Part shown: piece after piece, positions 1 through 12,400 of the stretch | How positions within the stretch are numbered: position 1 is the stretch's first letter | Layout: each line of letters begins with the position of its first letter | Source: Macrostomum lignano | Taxonomy: Eukaryota | Direction of reading: 5' to 3' | NCBI GenBank assembly: GCA_002269645.1 | Contig: NIVC01001211.1 | Coordinates: 62,001 to 126,000, forward strand | DNA: 64,000 nt | The notes under the pieces: generated by a model | What the model saw: only the letters and a program-made list of their open reading frames with translations | Database searches by the model: none | Told to the model about the DNA's origin: nothing | Translations under genes and position numbers: made by a program

Positions 1-329
1 CCCCCCCAGCCGGGAGCGGCGGCGCGGATCGGCATGCGGGAGGGCGGGGCCGCAGCGGCTGAATGAAATCGCCGCTCTCGGCTGCGAGGCCCCGCCCTCC
101 GCTCCGCTTGGCCGCTGAGAGCCCCGAATTGCCGGGGAGCCGCCACCTGCAGGAGCGAATTGAACTGCAGCTCTCAGCACTGCCTGATCCACCACACTCC
201 ATCATTAGCGGTTTATTAATGCGCTCATAATATGATAAGGGCCGGCTGTCTGTGCTGACGGATTCATGCCCTGACGCTGCTGCTGCCTTTTATAGGCATT
301 GCTGATTCCAGATTGAGCTGCGTGTCATG

Positions 330-1160
330 ACCCTGCACAGATTGCCTGCACAGACCCTGCACAGATTGCCTGCACAGACCCTGCACAGATTGCCTGCACA
401 GACCCTGCACAGATTGCCTGCACAGACCCTGCACAGATTGCCTGCACAGACCCTGCACAGATTCCCTGCACAACTTCCCTGCACAGATTCCCTGCACAAC
501 TTCCCTGCACAACTTCCCTGCACAACTTCCCTGCACAACTTCCCTGCACAGATTCCCTGCGCAGATTCCCTGCACAGATTCCCTGCACAGATTCCCTGCA
601 CAGATTCCCTGCACAGATTCCCTGCACAACTTCCCTGCACAGCTTCCCTGCACAAATTCCCTGCACAGCTTCCCTGCACAGCTTCCCTGCACAACTTCCC
701 TGCACAACTTCCCTGCACAGCTTCCCTGCGCAGATTCCCTGCACAGATTCCATGCACAGCTTCCCTGCGCAGATTCCCTGCACAGATTCCCTGCACAGAT
801 TCCCTGCGCAAATTCCCTGCACAGATTCCCTGCACAACTTCCCTGCACAACTTCCCTGCACAGATTCCCTGCACAAATTCCCTGCACAGCTTCCCTGCAC
901 AGCTTCCCTGCACAGATTCCCTGCACAGATTCCCTGCACAGATTCCCTGCACAGATTCCCTGCACGGATTCCCTGCACAGATTCCCTGCACAGATTCCCT
1001 GCACGGATTCCCTGCACAGATTCCCTGCACAGATTCCCTACACAACTTCCCTGCACAGATTCCCTGCACGGATTCCCTGCACAGATTCCCTGCACAGATT
1101 CCCTGCACAGATTCCCTGCACAGATTCCCTGCACGGATTCCCTGCACGGATTGCCTGCAG
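330..1160. repeat. Tandem array, ~13-bp unit (ccctgcacagatt)n
   Basis: Directly visible; explains the long repetitive ORFs in all six frames. Confidence 0.95.
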
Positions 1161-1483
1161 GCTGGGAATCGCAGTGGTTCCATGGGGATGCCAGGCGCAG
1201 GGACGCACAGGGGCAGCTGCATTCTGCTGCTGCCCAGAATTGGTCACTCGCAGAACTCAAGCTCGGCAGTAGCGGTGTTTTGCCCCTCTCGGACCGCGGG
1301 CTCGGGGGCTCTTCGCGGTCCAGCTGGGGCCGCGCCGCTCTCAGCTCCGCACGGCTATCGGATTTCCCGGCCGTCTCCGCGCCCGCAGTGCAGCTGCCGC
1401 GCCCGGCGATCGATGGCCGCCCCTGCTGAGCTGCCACAGCTGCCCGACACGTCTGCTTTCTACTGCTGCCTGCATTGGATAAC

Positions 1484-1990
1484 CTCTCATCTCACTGCAT
1501 CTCATGCTCTCATCTCACTGCATCTCATGCTCTCATCTCACTGCATCTCAAGCTCTCATCTCACTGCATCTCAAGCTCTCATCTCACTGCATCTCAAGCT
1601 CTCATCTCACTTCATCTCATGCTCTCATCTCACTGCATCTCATGCTCTCATCCCACTGCATCTCATGCTCTCATCTCACTGCATCTCATGCTTTCATCTC
1701 ACTGCATCTCATGCTCTCATCTCACTGCATCTCAAGCTCTCATCTCACTTCATCTCATGCTCTCATCTCACTGCATCTCATGCTCTCATCCCACTGCATC
1801 TCATGCTCTCATCTCACTGCATCTCATGCTCTCATCTCACTTCATCTCATGCTCTCATCTCACTTCATCTCATGCTCTCATCTCACTGCATCTCATGCTC
1901 TCATCCCACTGCATCTCATGCTCTCATCTCACTGCATCTCATGCTCTCATCTCACTGCATCTCATCTCACTTGCATCTAATGCTCTAATC
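1484..1990. repeat. Tandem array, 23-bp unit (ctctcatctcactgcatctcatg)n
   Basis: Directly visible; the ORF translation recurs every 23 aa (three units). Confidence 0.95.
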
Positions 1991-2679
1991 TCAATGCATC
2001 TCACACTCATTCTGTAGGCTTTCATTATAGAATTATGAGGCATATAAGAGACAATTTATTGACCCCCATTCCTCTGCCCCAGCCAGTTTTTACAAGCCCT
2101 CATTGCGATTTTTTAATTTTGTCTCCATAAAGCTGCATAGCAAACCGCGTGACTGACAGGCAGTTGGCACAAAAGATCAAAAAAGCTCGGCCTGCCAGTC
2201 ACAGCGGGCCGCCGCTGGGAGACTGCAGCAACACAGCCAGCCAGCTACAGTTGCGCAATAAAGCCCAGTCTGCCAACTAAAAAATCTCCCAGGAGTCCCT
2301 GCAGTCACTGAGTGAGCGGCAAGCCAAGAACGGAAATGCAGCGGTGCCAAACTGGCTTCCGAGTTGGCACCGAGACCAAGGGAGCGGAGTCACCTGCGGC
2401 CCTGTTCCCGCGTGAATTATTAATTAACCTGGCAAGCCGCTGGCAAGGTCGCAGCCTCTGGGGAAAGAGGTGCGTGAGAGACATGTCCACTCGCTCCTCT
2501 GCTCACTTCCTTCAGACTCCATTAGGGTCGTTTCACAAACCCTAATTTTCACAACGTCGAAAATAAGCAATGCAGCAGATTTCACAAGACCTAAATTTCA
2601 TAACACCTAAAAAGCTCCACTCGCTCCTCTGCTCACTTCCTTCAGACTCCATTCACTCACTCTCCATTAATCACCTACT

Positions 2680-3300
2680 ATTCACTCACTCTCAATCCCA
2701 TTCGCTCACTCAGTCACATTCACCACTCTCAATCCCATTCGCTCACTCAGTCACATTCACGCACTCTCAATCCCATTCGCTCACTCTCAATCCCATTCAC
2801 CCACTCTAAATCTTATACATTCGTTCTCGATTTCATTCACTCACTCGACACTCTCGCTCCTTATTCACTCTTAATCTCATTCACGCACTCTCAATCTCAT
2901 TCGCTCACTCAGTCACATTCACGCACTCTCAATCCCATTCGCTCACTCAGTCACATTCACCACTCTCAATCCCATTCGCTCACTCAGTCACATTCACCAC
3001 TCTCAATCCCATTCGCTCACTCAGTCACATTCACCACTCTCAATCCCATTTGCTCACTCATTCACATTCACCACTCTCAATCCCATTCGCTCACTCAGTC
3101 ACATTCACCACTCTCAATCCCATTCGCTCACTCAGTCACATTCACCACTCTCAATCCCATTCGCTCACTCAGTCACATTCACCACTCTCAATCCCATTCG
3201 CTCACTCAGTCACATTCACCACTCTCAATCCCATTCGCTCACTCAGTCACATTCACCACTCTCAATCCCATTCGCTCACTCATTCACATTCACCACTATC
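2680..3300. repeat. Tandem array, 37-bp unit (ccactctcaatcccattcgctcactcagtcacattca)n
   Basis: Directly visible. Confidence 0.9.
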
Positions 3301-3304
3301 ATTT

Positions 3305-3520
3305 CCACGAGACCAATTAGCGAATGGGCGGCTGGCGCGACGGGCCATCATCCGAAGCAGCTCCCGCCACTCCACTCAGCTGCCTGTCACCCCAGGCTGG
3401 CCACGTGGCAGCGGCTGGGGCCTCCGATTGGTCGCGACGGCGCAGGCAGAGGCCTGAGAGCGGCGGCCATTGGCCCAGAGCCCCTCCATGAGCTCGGCGG
3501 CCCCGGCAGCCTGTTTTAAA
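3305..3520. promoter_or_regulatory. GC-rich promoter-like segment (CCAAT/ATTGG boxes, GGGCGG, CACGTG and CAGCTG E-boxes)
   Basis: Motifs are visible in unique sequence ~1.4 kb upstream of the bHLH ATG; promoter function is inference. Confidence 0.35.
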
Positions 3521-3624
3521 AAATAAAAAAGAAAAGCGGACAACCCTCCACACCCAGCGCTTGTGAGCAGCCCGAGACCAGGCAATCTCAGCACAGTTAT
3601 ATCGATCTGCGCCGCGCGAGTCGC

Positions 3625-4795
3625 ACAAGGGGAGAATTATCCCACCCATCAAGCTTAACTCAGGTGAGCAAAGGGGAGAATTATCCCACCCATCAAGCTT
3701 AACTCAGGTGAGCAAAGGGGAGAATTATCCCACCCATCCAGCTTAATTAACTCAGGTGAGCAAAGGGAGAATTATCCCACCCATCCAGCTTAACTCAGGT
3801 GAGCAAGGGGAGAATTATCCCACCCATCAAGCTTAATGAACTCAGGTGAGCAAAGGGGAGAATTATCCCACCCATCCAGCTTAACTCAGGTGAGCAAGGG
3901 GAGAATTATCCCACCCATCAAGCTTAATGAACTCAGGTGAGCAAAGGGGAGAATTATCCCACCCATCCAGCTTAATGAACTCAGGTGAGCAAAGGGGAGA
4001 ATTATCCCACCCATCCAGCTTAACTCAGGTGAGCAAAGGGGAGAATTATCCCACCCATCCAGCTTAATTAACTCAGGTGAGCAAGGGGAGAATTATCCCA
4101 CCCATCAAGCTTAACTCAGGTAAGCAAGGGGAGAATTATCCCACCCATCAAGCTTAATGAACTCAGGTGAGCAAAGGGGAGAATTATCCCACCCATCCAG
4201 CTTAACTCAGGTGAGCAAAGGGGAGAATTATCCCACCCATCAAGCTTAACTCAGGTGAGCAAAGGGGAGAATTATCCCACCCATCCAGCTTAACTCAGGT
4301 GAGCAAGGGGAGAATTATCCCACCCATCAAGCTTAATGAACTCAGGTGAGCAAAGGGGAGAATTATCCCACCCATCAAGCTTAATGAACTCAGGTGAGCA
4401 AAGGGGAGAATTATCCCACCCATCCAGCTTAACTCAGGTGAGCAAAGGGGAGAATTATCCCACCCATCCAGCTTAATTAACTCAGGTGAGCAAGGGGAGA
4501 ATTATCCCACCCATCAAGCTTAACTCAGGTAAGCAAGGGGAGAATTATCCCACCCATCAAGCTTAATGAACTCAGGTGAGCAAAGGGGAGAATTATCCCA
4601 CCCATCCAGCTTAACTCAGGTGAGCAAAGGGGAGAATTATCCCACCCATCCAGCTTAATTAACTCAGGTGAGCAAGGGGAGAATTATCCCACCCATCAAG
4701 CTTAACTCAGGTGAGCAAGGGGAGAATTATCCCACCCATCCAGCTTAACTCAGGTGAGCAAGGGCAGAATTATCCCACCCATCAAGCTTGACTCA
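3625..4795. repeat. Tandem array, 43-48-bp unit (caggtgagcaaaggggagaattatcccacccatc[a/c]agcttaa(tgaa)ct)n, ~25 copies
   Basis: Directly visible; ends ~55 bp before the bHLH ATG. Confidence 0.95.
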
Positions 4796-4848
4796 GATAC
4801 TGCAACGCCGGTCCCAAAAGCAGGTGCACCAACCAGCCTCCCACCGAC

Positions 4849-5454
4849 ATGTCAGCGGAGCCTCCTCGCCAGCCGGCCTACCCAGCGCTGTTCTACCCCG
4901 CTGCCGCCGCGGCCGCCTGGGACTTCCGGAGCGGAGGCACTGGCGGCGGCGCCGGCGGCTCGGCGACCTCAGCTGCGGCCGCTGCGGCTGCGGCGGCTCT
5001 GCTGGACTCGCGGCAGCCTCATCAGCACCACGGACACCCGCAGCACCCGGCGCTGCACCCGCAGCACCATCACCCGCGGCCGGCAGCGATCAGCCGCAAC
5101 CCGTTCGACCCGCAGAGCCGCATCCCGCTGCCGCACCCGTTCGGCGAGTTCCACTTCGGCTGCGAGAGCTCCTTCATCCGCCGCCGCAACGAGCGCGAGC
5201 GCGAGCGGGTCCGCTTCGTGAACGAGGGCTACGAGCGGCTGAAGGAGACGCTGCCCTTCGAGAACAAGGACAAGCGCATCAGCAAGGTCGAGATCCTCAA
5301 GACGGCCATCCGCTACATCCAGCACATGGAGAGCCTCCTGCGGGCGGCCGACCAGCAGCAGCAGGCGGAGCCGCGCAGCTCCGGCCTGAAGCGGCGCCCC
5401 CTCGGCCCCGAGCTGCAGGCCGAGCCGCAAGAGAAGCGGCTGCGGCCGGCTTGA
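4849..5454 (+). CDS. Achaete-scute-family bHLH transcription factor (ASCL3/4/5, ASC-b-like), 201 aa, single exon
   Basis: The bHLH SSFIRRRNERERERVRFVNEGYERLKETLPFENKDKRISKVEILKTAIRYIQHMESLL matches the ASC RNERER..V..VN.GY..L...LP......SKVE.L..AI.YI pattern. The xFIRRRNERER lead-in resembles the ASCL3/4/5 class. AATAAA at ~5748. Confidence 0.9.
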   Translation: MSAEPPRQPAYPALFYPAAAAAAWDFRSGGTGGGAGGSATSAAAAAAAAALLDSRQPHQHHGHPQHPALHPQHHHPRPAAISRNPFDPQSRIPLPHPFGEFHFGCESSFIRRRNERERERVRFVNEGYERLKETLPFENKDKRISKVEILKTAIRYIQHMESLLRAADQQQQAEPRSSGLKRRPLGPELQAEPQEKRLRPA

Positions 5455-5934
5455 CTGGCGAAGGAGCGGCCGCCCCCGGACACAAGGGGCTAATGGCCAT
5501 CGCTTGTACGGCCACGCGACTCCCGTGGGGACAGCGCCCCCCCCCCCAACTTTCTCCCATACATTTGCGTGTTTGATGTTTCTGTGCACCTGCAGGGCCT
5601 CAGCAGCTGCGGTGTTAAGCCTCTTAATTAGATTTATTTACATATTTGTGCGAGTCCGCCCGCAGTCTGCACTGTAGATAATCGCAAAGCCGTCACCGCC
5701 TGCTCATTCACTCATTTATTCACTCATGTGCGTTAAACAAGGAGGCTAAATAAACTGTACAGCTGGCGGTGGCCGCAGCCGCTTCCGCGTTTAGAGAAAA
5801 ACAGCGATTCGAGTTTCAGAGGCTTCATTTCCGCTCTGGTCTGGGAACTCAAACTGGACAGTCGAAAACGGGGAGACTTTATGAGAACGCATTGGCTTGA
5901 AGACAACAGAAATGAAAAGAGAAATTAACAGAAG

Positions 5935-6480
5935 AGACGGATGAAAGGAGGCAGATGAAGGGAGGCAGATGAAGGGAGGCAGATGAAGGGAGGCAGATGA
6001 AGCGAGGCAGATGAAGGGAGGAGGCAGATGAAGGGAGAAGACAGATGAAAGGAGGCAGATGAAGCGAGAAGACAGATGAAGGGGAGGCAGATGGAGGGAG
6101 AAGACAGATGAAAGGAGGCAGATGAAGCGAGAAGACAGATGAAGGGGAGGCAGATGGAGGGAGAAGACAGATGAAGGGGAAGTAGATGAAGGGAGAAGAC
6201 AGATGAAAGGAGGCAGATGAAGGGAGAAGACAGATGAAGGGAGGAGGCAGATGAAGGGAGAAGACAGATGAAAGGAGGAGGCAGATGAAGGGAGAAGACA
6301 GATAAGGGAGGAGACGATGAAAGGAGGCAGATGAAGGGAGAAGACAGATGAAAGGAGGCAGATGAAGGGAGAAGACAGATGAAAGGAGGCAGATGAAGGG
6401 AGAAGACAGATGAAAGGAGGCAGATGAAGGGAGAAGACAGATGAAGGGGAGGCAGACGAAGAGAAAGATGAAGGAAGGAG
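5935..6480. repeat. Purine-rich tandem array (gaggcagatgaagg / gagaagacagatgaa)n
   Basis: Directly visible. Confidence 0.9.
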
Positions 6481-6974
6481 GCAGGTGAGAGCAGCAAAGC
6501 TAGCGCAGAGACAGGCAGGGATGGGGGGTTCAGCAGTCGCAGATACCGTCAGCAAATGGAGCGGCAATGGAAAACAAACAGGCAGGCAGGAGACAAAGCA
6601 GTCCCGGCGGGAAGTTAAACAGCACGAGAGCGAATGAGCCGATAAAAATTGCGGGCCTTCCGCTGAGCAACCGGTGTCGCAGGGATCTTCAGCACCGCAG
6701 AGCAGGGCAAACAGGACAACAAAGAGTGACAGAGCAGGGCCGGTGTTTGCCGAGAAGGCAGGTATGGGACTCAATTAATTAGACTGGAGCCTCGCCGCTG
6801 TCTCCGCTGAGCTCTCACTACTTGAGTCAATTGTGAGTTGCCCGCCCCGGCTGTGGGAATTCCAGGCCTGCCGACAGACTGCCACCGGAGACAGCAGAAA
6901 AAAGCAGAGCGCCCCAACCCCCATTGTGGCTGGTGGGGAGCGCCCGCCTGTTGGGGTCGGCGGGTAGCGAGCGC

Positions 6975-7318
6975 GAGTGCCGGGTGCGAATACGAGTGCA
7001 GGGTGCGAATACGAGTGCAGGGTGCGAATACGAGTGCAGGAGTGCGAATACGAGTGCCGGGTGCGAATACGAGTGCAGGGTGCGAATACGAGTGCAGGGT
7101 GCGAATACGAGTGCAGGGTGCGAATACGAGTGCAGGGTGCGAATACGAGTGCAGGGTGCGAATACGAGTGCAGGGTGCGAATACGAGTGCAGGGTGCGAA
7201 TACGAGTGCAGGGTGCGAATACGAGTGCAGGGTGCGAATACGAGTGCAGGGTGCGAATACGAGTGCAGGGTGCGAATACGAGTGCAGGGTGCGAATACGA
7301 GTGCAGGAGTGCGAATAC
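6975..7318. repeat. Tandem array, 19-bp unit (gggtgcgaatacgagtgca)n
   Basis: Directly visible. Confidence 0.95.
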
Positions 7319-7335
7319 AAGATAGTATGAGTCGC

Positions 7336-7825
7336 GGAGTGACAGTGGGAGCAGCAGAGTAACATTGGGAGCAGCAGAGTGACAGTGGGAGTGGCAGAGT
7401 GACAGTGGGAGCAGCAGAGTGACAGTGGGAGCAGTAGCGTGACAGTGGCAGTGGCAGAGTGACATTGGGAGCAGCAGAGTGACAGTGGGAGCAGTAGCGT
7501 GACAGTGGCAGTGGCAGAGTGACAGTGGGAGCAGTAGCGTGACAGTGGCAGTGGCAGAGTGACATTGGGAGCAGCAGAGTGACAGTGGGAGCAGTAGCGT
7601 GACAGTGGCAGTGGCAGAGTGACATTGGGAGCAGCAGAGTGACAGTGGGAGCAGCAGAGTAACATTGGGAGCAGCAGAGTGACAGTGGGAGCATTAAAGT
7701 GACAGTGGGAGCAGCAGAGTGACAGTGGGAGAGGCAGAGTGACAGTGGGAGCAGCAGAGTGACATTAGGAGCAGCAGAGTGACAGTGGGAGAGGCAGAGT
7801 GACAGTGGGAGAGGCAGAGTGACAT
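7336..7825. repeat. Tandem array, 20-bp unit (gtgacagtgggagcagcaga)n
   Basis: Directly visible. Confidence 0.95.
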
Positions 7826-8234
7826 GTGGATTGTGGAGTAGCAGAGCAGCAGTTGAAATGATATTTAGTGTTGAATAGTGACAGAGAAGGCGTCAGAGGT
7901 GAGGAGGGGTCGCCCCAGAGCAAAGAACAGAATTCCAGAACACACTGCTGAGGCGCGAAGGATTTGGCTGTTAAAGAATCCGCTACAGCCGTTGCGCAGC
8001 GGTGGCAATATAAATAATTTAGTTCATGTGTATTTGCGGGCAGGCAGTATTGAAACAAAGAAGCAAAACCGAGTCAGTGAAGTCTCCGCAGCCCAAACAG
8101 AAAGGTTCAACAAACATCAGATACTGCTTACTGCTAGGGAAACGAGAGGGCCAACTGAGAAATAAGCGAATTTTGCAGGCAAAACCTTTGCAATCTACAG
8201 CCACCTAATAGACTAATAACTAGCTAGTGCCAGT

Positions 8235-9230
8235 CAGTGCCTGACACTGACAGCAGACCTGACAGCTAGTGCCTGACACTGCCCGCAGACCTCACAGCTA
8301 GTGCCTGACACTGACAGCAGACCTGACAGCTAGTGCCTGACACTGACAGCAGACCTGGCAGCTAGTGCCTGACACTGCCCGCAGACCTGACAGCTAGTGC
8401 CTGACACTGACAGCAGACCTGACAGCTAGTGCCTGACACTGACAGCAGACCTGGCAGCTAGTGCCTGACACTGCCCGCAGACCTGACAGCTAGTGCCTGA
8501 CACTGACAGCAGACCTGACAGCTAGTGCCTGACACTGCCCGCAGACCTGACAGCTAGTGCCTGACACTGACAGCAGACCTGACAGCTAGTGCCTGACACT
8601 GACAGCAGACCTGACAGCTAGTGCCTGACACTGACAGCAGACCTGACAGCTAGTGCCTGACACTGACAGCAGACCTGACAGCTAGTGCCTGACACTGACA
8701 GCAGACCTGACAGCTAGTGCCTGACACTGACAGCAGACCTGACAGCTAGTGCCTGACACTGACAGCAGACCTGACAGCTAGTGCCTGACACTGACAGCAG
8801 ACCTGACAGCTAGTGCCTGACACTGACAGCAGACCTGACAGCTAGTGCCTGACACTGACAGCAGACCTGACAGCTAGTGCCTGACACTGACAGCAGACCT
8901 GACAGCTAGTGCCTGACACTGACAGCAGACCTGACAGCTAGTGCCTGACACTGACAGCAGACCTGACAGCTAGTGCCTGACACTGACAGCAGACCTGACA
9001 GCTAGTGCCTGACACTGACAGCAGACCTGACAGCTAGTGCCTGACACTGCCCGCAGACCTGACAGCTAGTGCCTGACACTGACAGCAGACCTGACAGCTA
9101 GTGCCTGACACTGCCCGCAGACCTGACAGCTAGTGCCTGACACTGACAGCAGACCTGACAGCTAGTGCCTGACACTGACAGCAGACCTGACAGCTAGTGC
9201 CTGACACTGACAGCAGACCTGACAGCTACT
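8235..9230. repeat. Tandem array, 32-bp unit (gctagtgcctgacactgacagcagacctgaca)n
   Basis: Directly visible and highly homogeneous. Confidence 0.95.
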
Positions 9231-9400
9231 GGCTGCCAGGTGACAGAGGAAGAGAATAAAACAGACAATAAAACTCAAAAGGTCTCCACCAGCTAATGTG
9301 AGGCAGGATATGCAATGTACACAGGATGGGGCAGAGTTGGCACGGCAGGGGCAGTGATGAGTTTCTCAGAGAGTTCGCAGCAGCCCCGGCAGGCGAGCCC

Positions 9401-12400
9401 TCAGTCCATCTTGATGTTGGTGTAGATGTAGCGCACGAACTGCATGGAGGCAGCGAAGGACACGGTGCCGAGCGTGAGGAAGAACACGTAGCACAGCAGG
9501 ATGGAGTAGCCGAAGAACTCCACCGCCTGCAGCAGGCCGCTCATGTTGCTGCGAAAGTAGAAGAAGAAGGCCGAGTACAGCAGCACGAAGAAGGCGCTGG
9601 AGCCGCCGCTGAACACGGAGCGCCACCACCAGCGGTAGTCCTCGGCGGACAGCTGGAAGTAGGTCAGCGCCACCGCCACGCAGGCCGTCACGGACAGCAG
9701 GATGATGTACACCACGGCCAGGATGCCGTACAGGGTGTAGTGCTGCCGGCCCCACACTGTGGCGTAGATGTAGTACAGCTCCACCTGCGGGCGGGGCTAG
9801 TAATGATGCTGAGTGCGCCTTGGCTGCCTCCTGCATCTGGCCAATCATGGCATTCAGCTGCGATACGGCATTGGTTTCACACATCCCCCACTGGGCTGGC
9901 AATTTGAGGTCACAGCAGTAAGAATCTGAGGTCACAGCAGTGAGAATCTGAGGTCACAGCAGTGAGAATCTGAGGTCACAGCAGTGAGAATCTGAGGTCA
10001 CAGCAGTGAGAATCTGAGGTCACAGCAGTGAGAATCTGAGGTCACAGCAGTGAGAATCTGAGGTCACAGCAGTGAGAATCTGAGGTCACAGCAGTGAGAA
10101 TCTGAGGTCACAGCAGTGAGAATCTGAGGTCACAGCAGTGAGAATCTGAGTTCACAGCAGTGAGAATCTGAGGTCACAGCAGTGAGAATCTGAGGTCGGT
10201 CACAGCAGTGAGAATCTGAGGTCACAGCAGTGAGAATCTGAGGTCACAGCAGTGAGAATCTGAGGTCACAGCAGTGAGAATCTGAGGTCACAGCAGTGAG
10301 AATCTGAGGTCACAGAAGTGAGAATCTGAGGTCACAGCAGTGAGAATTGAGGTCACAGCAGTAAGAATCTGAGGTCACAGCAGTGAGAATCTGAGGTCAC
10401 AGCAGTGAGAATCTGAGGTCACAGCAGTGAGAATCTGAGGTCACAGCAGTGAGAATCTGAGGTCACAGCAGTGAGAATCTGAGGTCACAGCAGTAAGAAT
10501 CTGAGGTCACAGCAGTGAGAATCTGAGGTCACAGCAGTGAGAATCTGAGGTCACAGCAGTGAGAATCTGAGGTCACAGCAGTGAGAATCTGAGGTCACAG
10601 CAGTGAGAATCTGAGGTCACAGCAGTGAGAATCTGAGGTCACAGCAGTGAGAATCTGAGGTCACAGCAGTGAGAATCTGAGGTCACAGCAGTGAGAATCT
10701 GAGGTCACAGCAGTGAGAATCTGAGTTCACAGCAGTGAGAATCTGAGGTCACAGCAGTGAGAATCTGAGGTCGGTCACAGCAGTGAGAATCTGAGGTCAC
10801 AGCAGTGAGAATCTGAGGTCACAGCAGTGAGAATCTGAGGTCACAGCAGTGAGAATCTGAGGTCACAGCAGTGAGAATTGAGGTCACAGCAGTAAGAATC
10901 TGAGGTCACAGCAGTGAGAATCTGAGGTCACAGCAGTGAGAATCTGAGGTCACAGCAGTGAGAATCTGTCGCAGCCACTCACCGACACGGCGCTGAAGCT
11001 GAGGAAGCCGCCGATGAGGCAGTGCACGGGCCAGGTCTTGTAGCAGGGCACGGCGGGGATCTCCCTGGGGATGTTCTTTGTGCGACAGGGAGCGTCCAGG
11101 CCGGGCGGCGCGTTCTTGCCGGCCATGCCGCCCAGGATGGTGAGCGGGAAGCCGAGGAACAGCCACAGGCACAGCAGCAGCAGCACGGTGGACCAGGGCA
11201 GCGCCTGGGTGGTGCCGTAGGCCCAGGCCACCGAGTTCACCACGGCCCACACCATGAACAGCGGGAAGGCGAACAGGAAGGAGGTCAGCAGCACGTTGCG
11301 GGCCCAGCGCTCGCCGCCCAGCCGGCGGAACATTCGACAGGACACGAAGCCGGCGATGCCAGAGGTGAAGGCGTACAGCACGATGCCGGCGGAGTTGATG
11401 TTGCCGTGGTGGTGCACGTTGAACAGGCCGAGCAGCGCCATGACGAACAGGCCGGTGATGATGGCCAGGAACTGCGCGCCCACCCCGATGGTGGCGGAGA
11501 AGAAGCACTTGTGCTTGGGCGGCCTGAACACATCGTTGTGCACCGTCTTCCAGCCGTTGTCCGAGTCTTCGTCCGCCTCCTCGTCCTCCAGGTTGTACCT
11601 GAGGGTGGCGGCGACCGGTTCGTTCACTGCGTGCTTTGCCAGTGCGGATGCAGCTCAGCTGATGCAGCTGGAGAAACACTAGGGGTCATGACCCCAAGGA
11701 AGCAGAACACCTCCTCCTTACTCAAGTCACCAGTATGCTCACGCTGCTAAGGCAGACCAAAATTTTACAGCAGTCTGGCTGGTGCACTCTGGCATGCCCG
11801 GGTAGAATTCCCACTCCCCTTGTCTTCCTTCAAACGTGTGAGCAGCGGAGGGTCCAAGTGGGTCAGTGGTGCCAGCGGACCCAAGGATCAGGTCCTGGAT
11901 TCGCCACTTTTTAAGTTTTAACATTCGAGATACAGGCGCTTGGTGGTATGAAGCGGAACCAACTGTGTTTTGTACTATGCAACTGTGTTTTCTTCTATTT
12001 AACTTGATGTATTCTTGTTTAAAGTCAAAAACGTAATTGGCGGGCAATGATCGGCAGGGAAAAGTCGGCAGGGAAAGGTCGGCAGGGAAGGTCGGCAGGG
12101 AAAAGTCGGCAGGGAAGGGTCGGCAGGGAAAGGTCGGCAGGGAAAGGTCGGCAGGGAAAGGTCGGCAGGGAAAGGTCGGCAGGGAAAAGTCGGCAGGGAA
12201 AGGTCGGCAGGGAAAAGTCGGCAGGGAAGGTCGGCAGGGAAGGGTCGGCAGGGAAGGGTCGGCAGGGAAAGGTCGGCAGGGAAAGGTCGGCAGGGAAAGG
12301 TCGGCAGGGAAGGGTCGGCAGGGAAGGGTCGGCAGGGAAGGGTCGGCAGGGAAAGGTCGGCAGGGAAAGGTCGGCAGGGAAGGGTCGGCAGGGAATGTTC

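Noticed and set aside
1161-1440. GC-rich unique segment after an acceptor-like ctgcag, a possible exon
   Set aside because: No recognisable protein motif in any frame and no partner exon.
3625-4795. CRISPR-like appearance, and gtgagcaaggg resembling the EGFP start
   Set aside because: There are no unique spacers, the context is eukaryotic and no cas genes are present; the EGFP match is only ~11 nt.
4788-5589. Overlapping alternative ORFs around the bHLH gene
   Set aside because: Shadow ORFs of a high-GC coding sequence.
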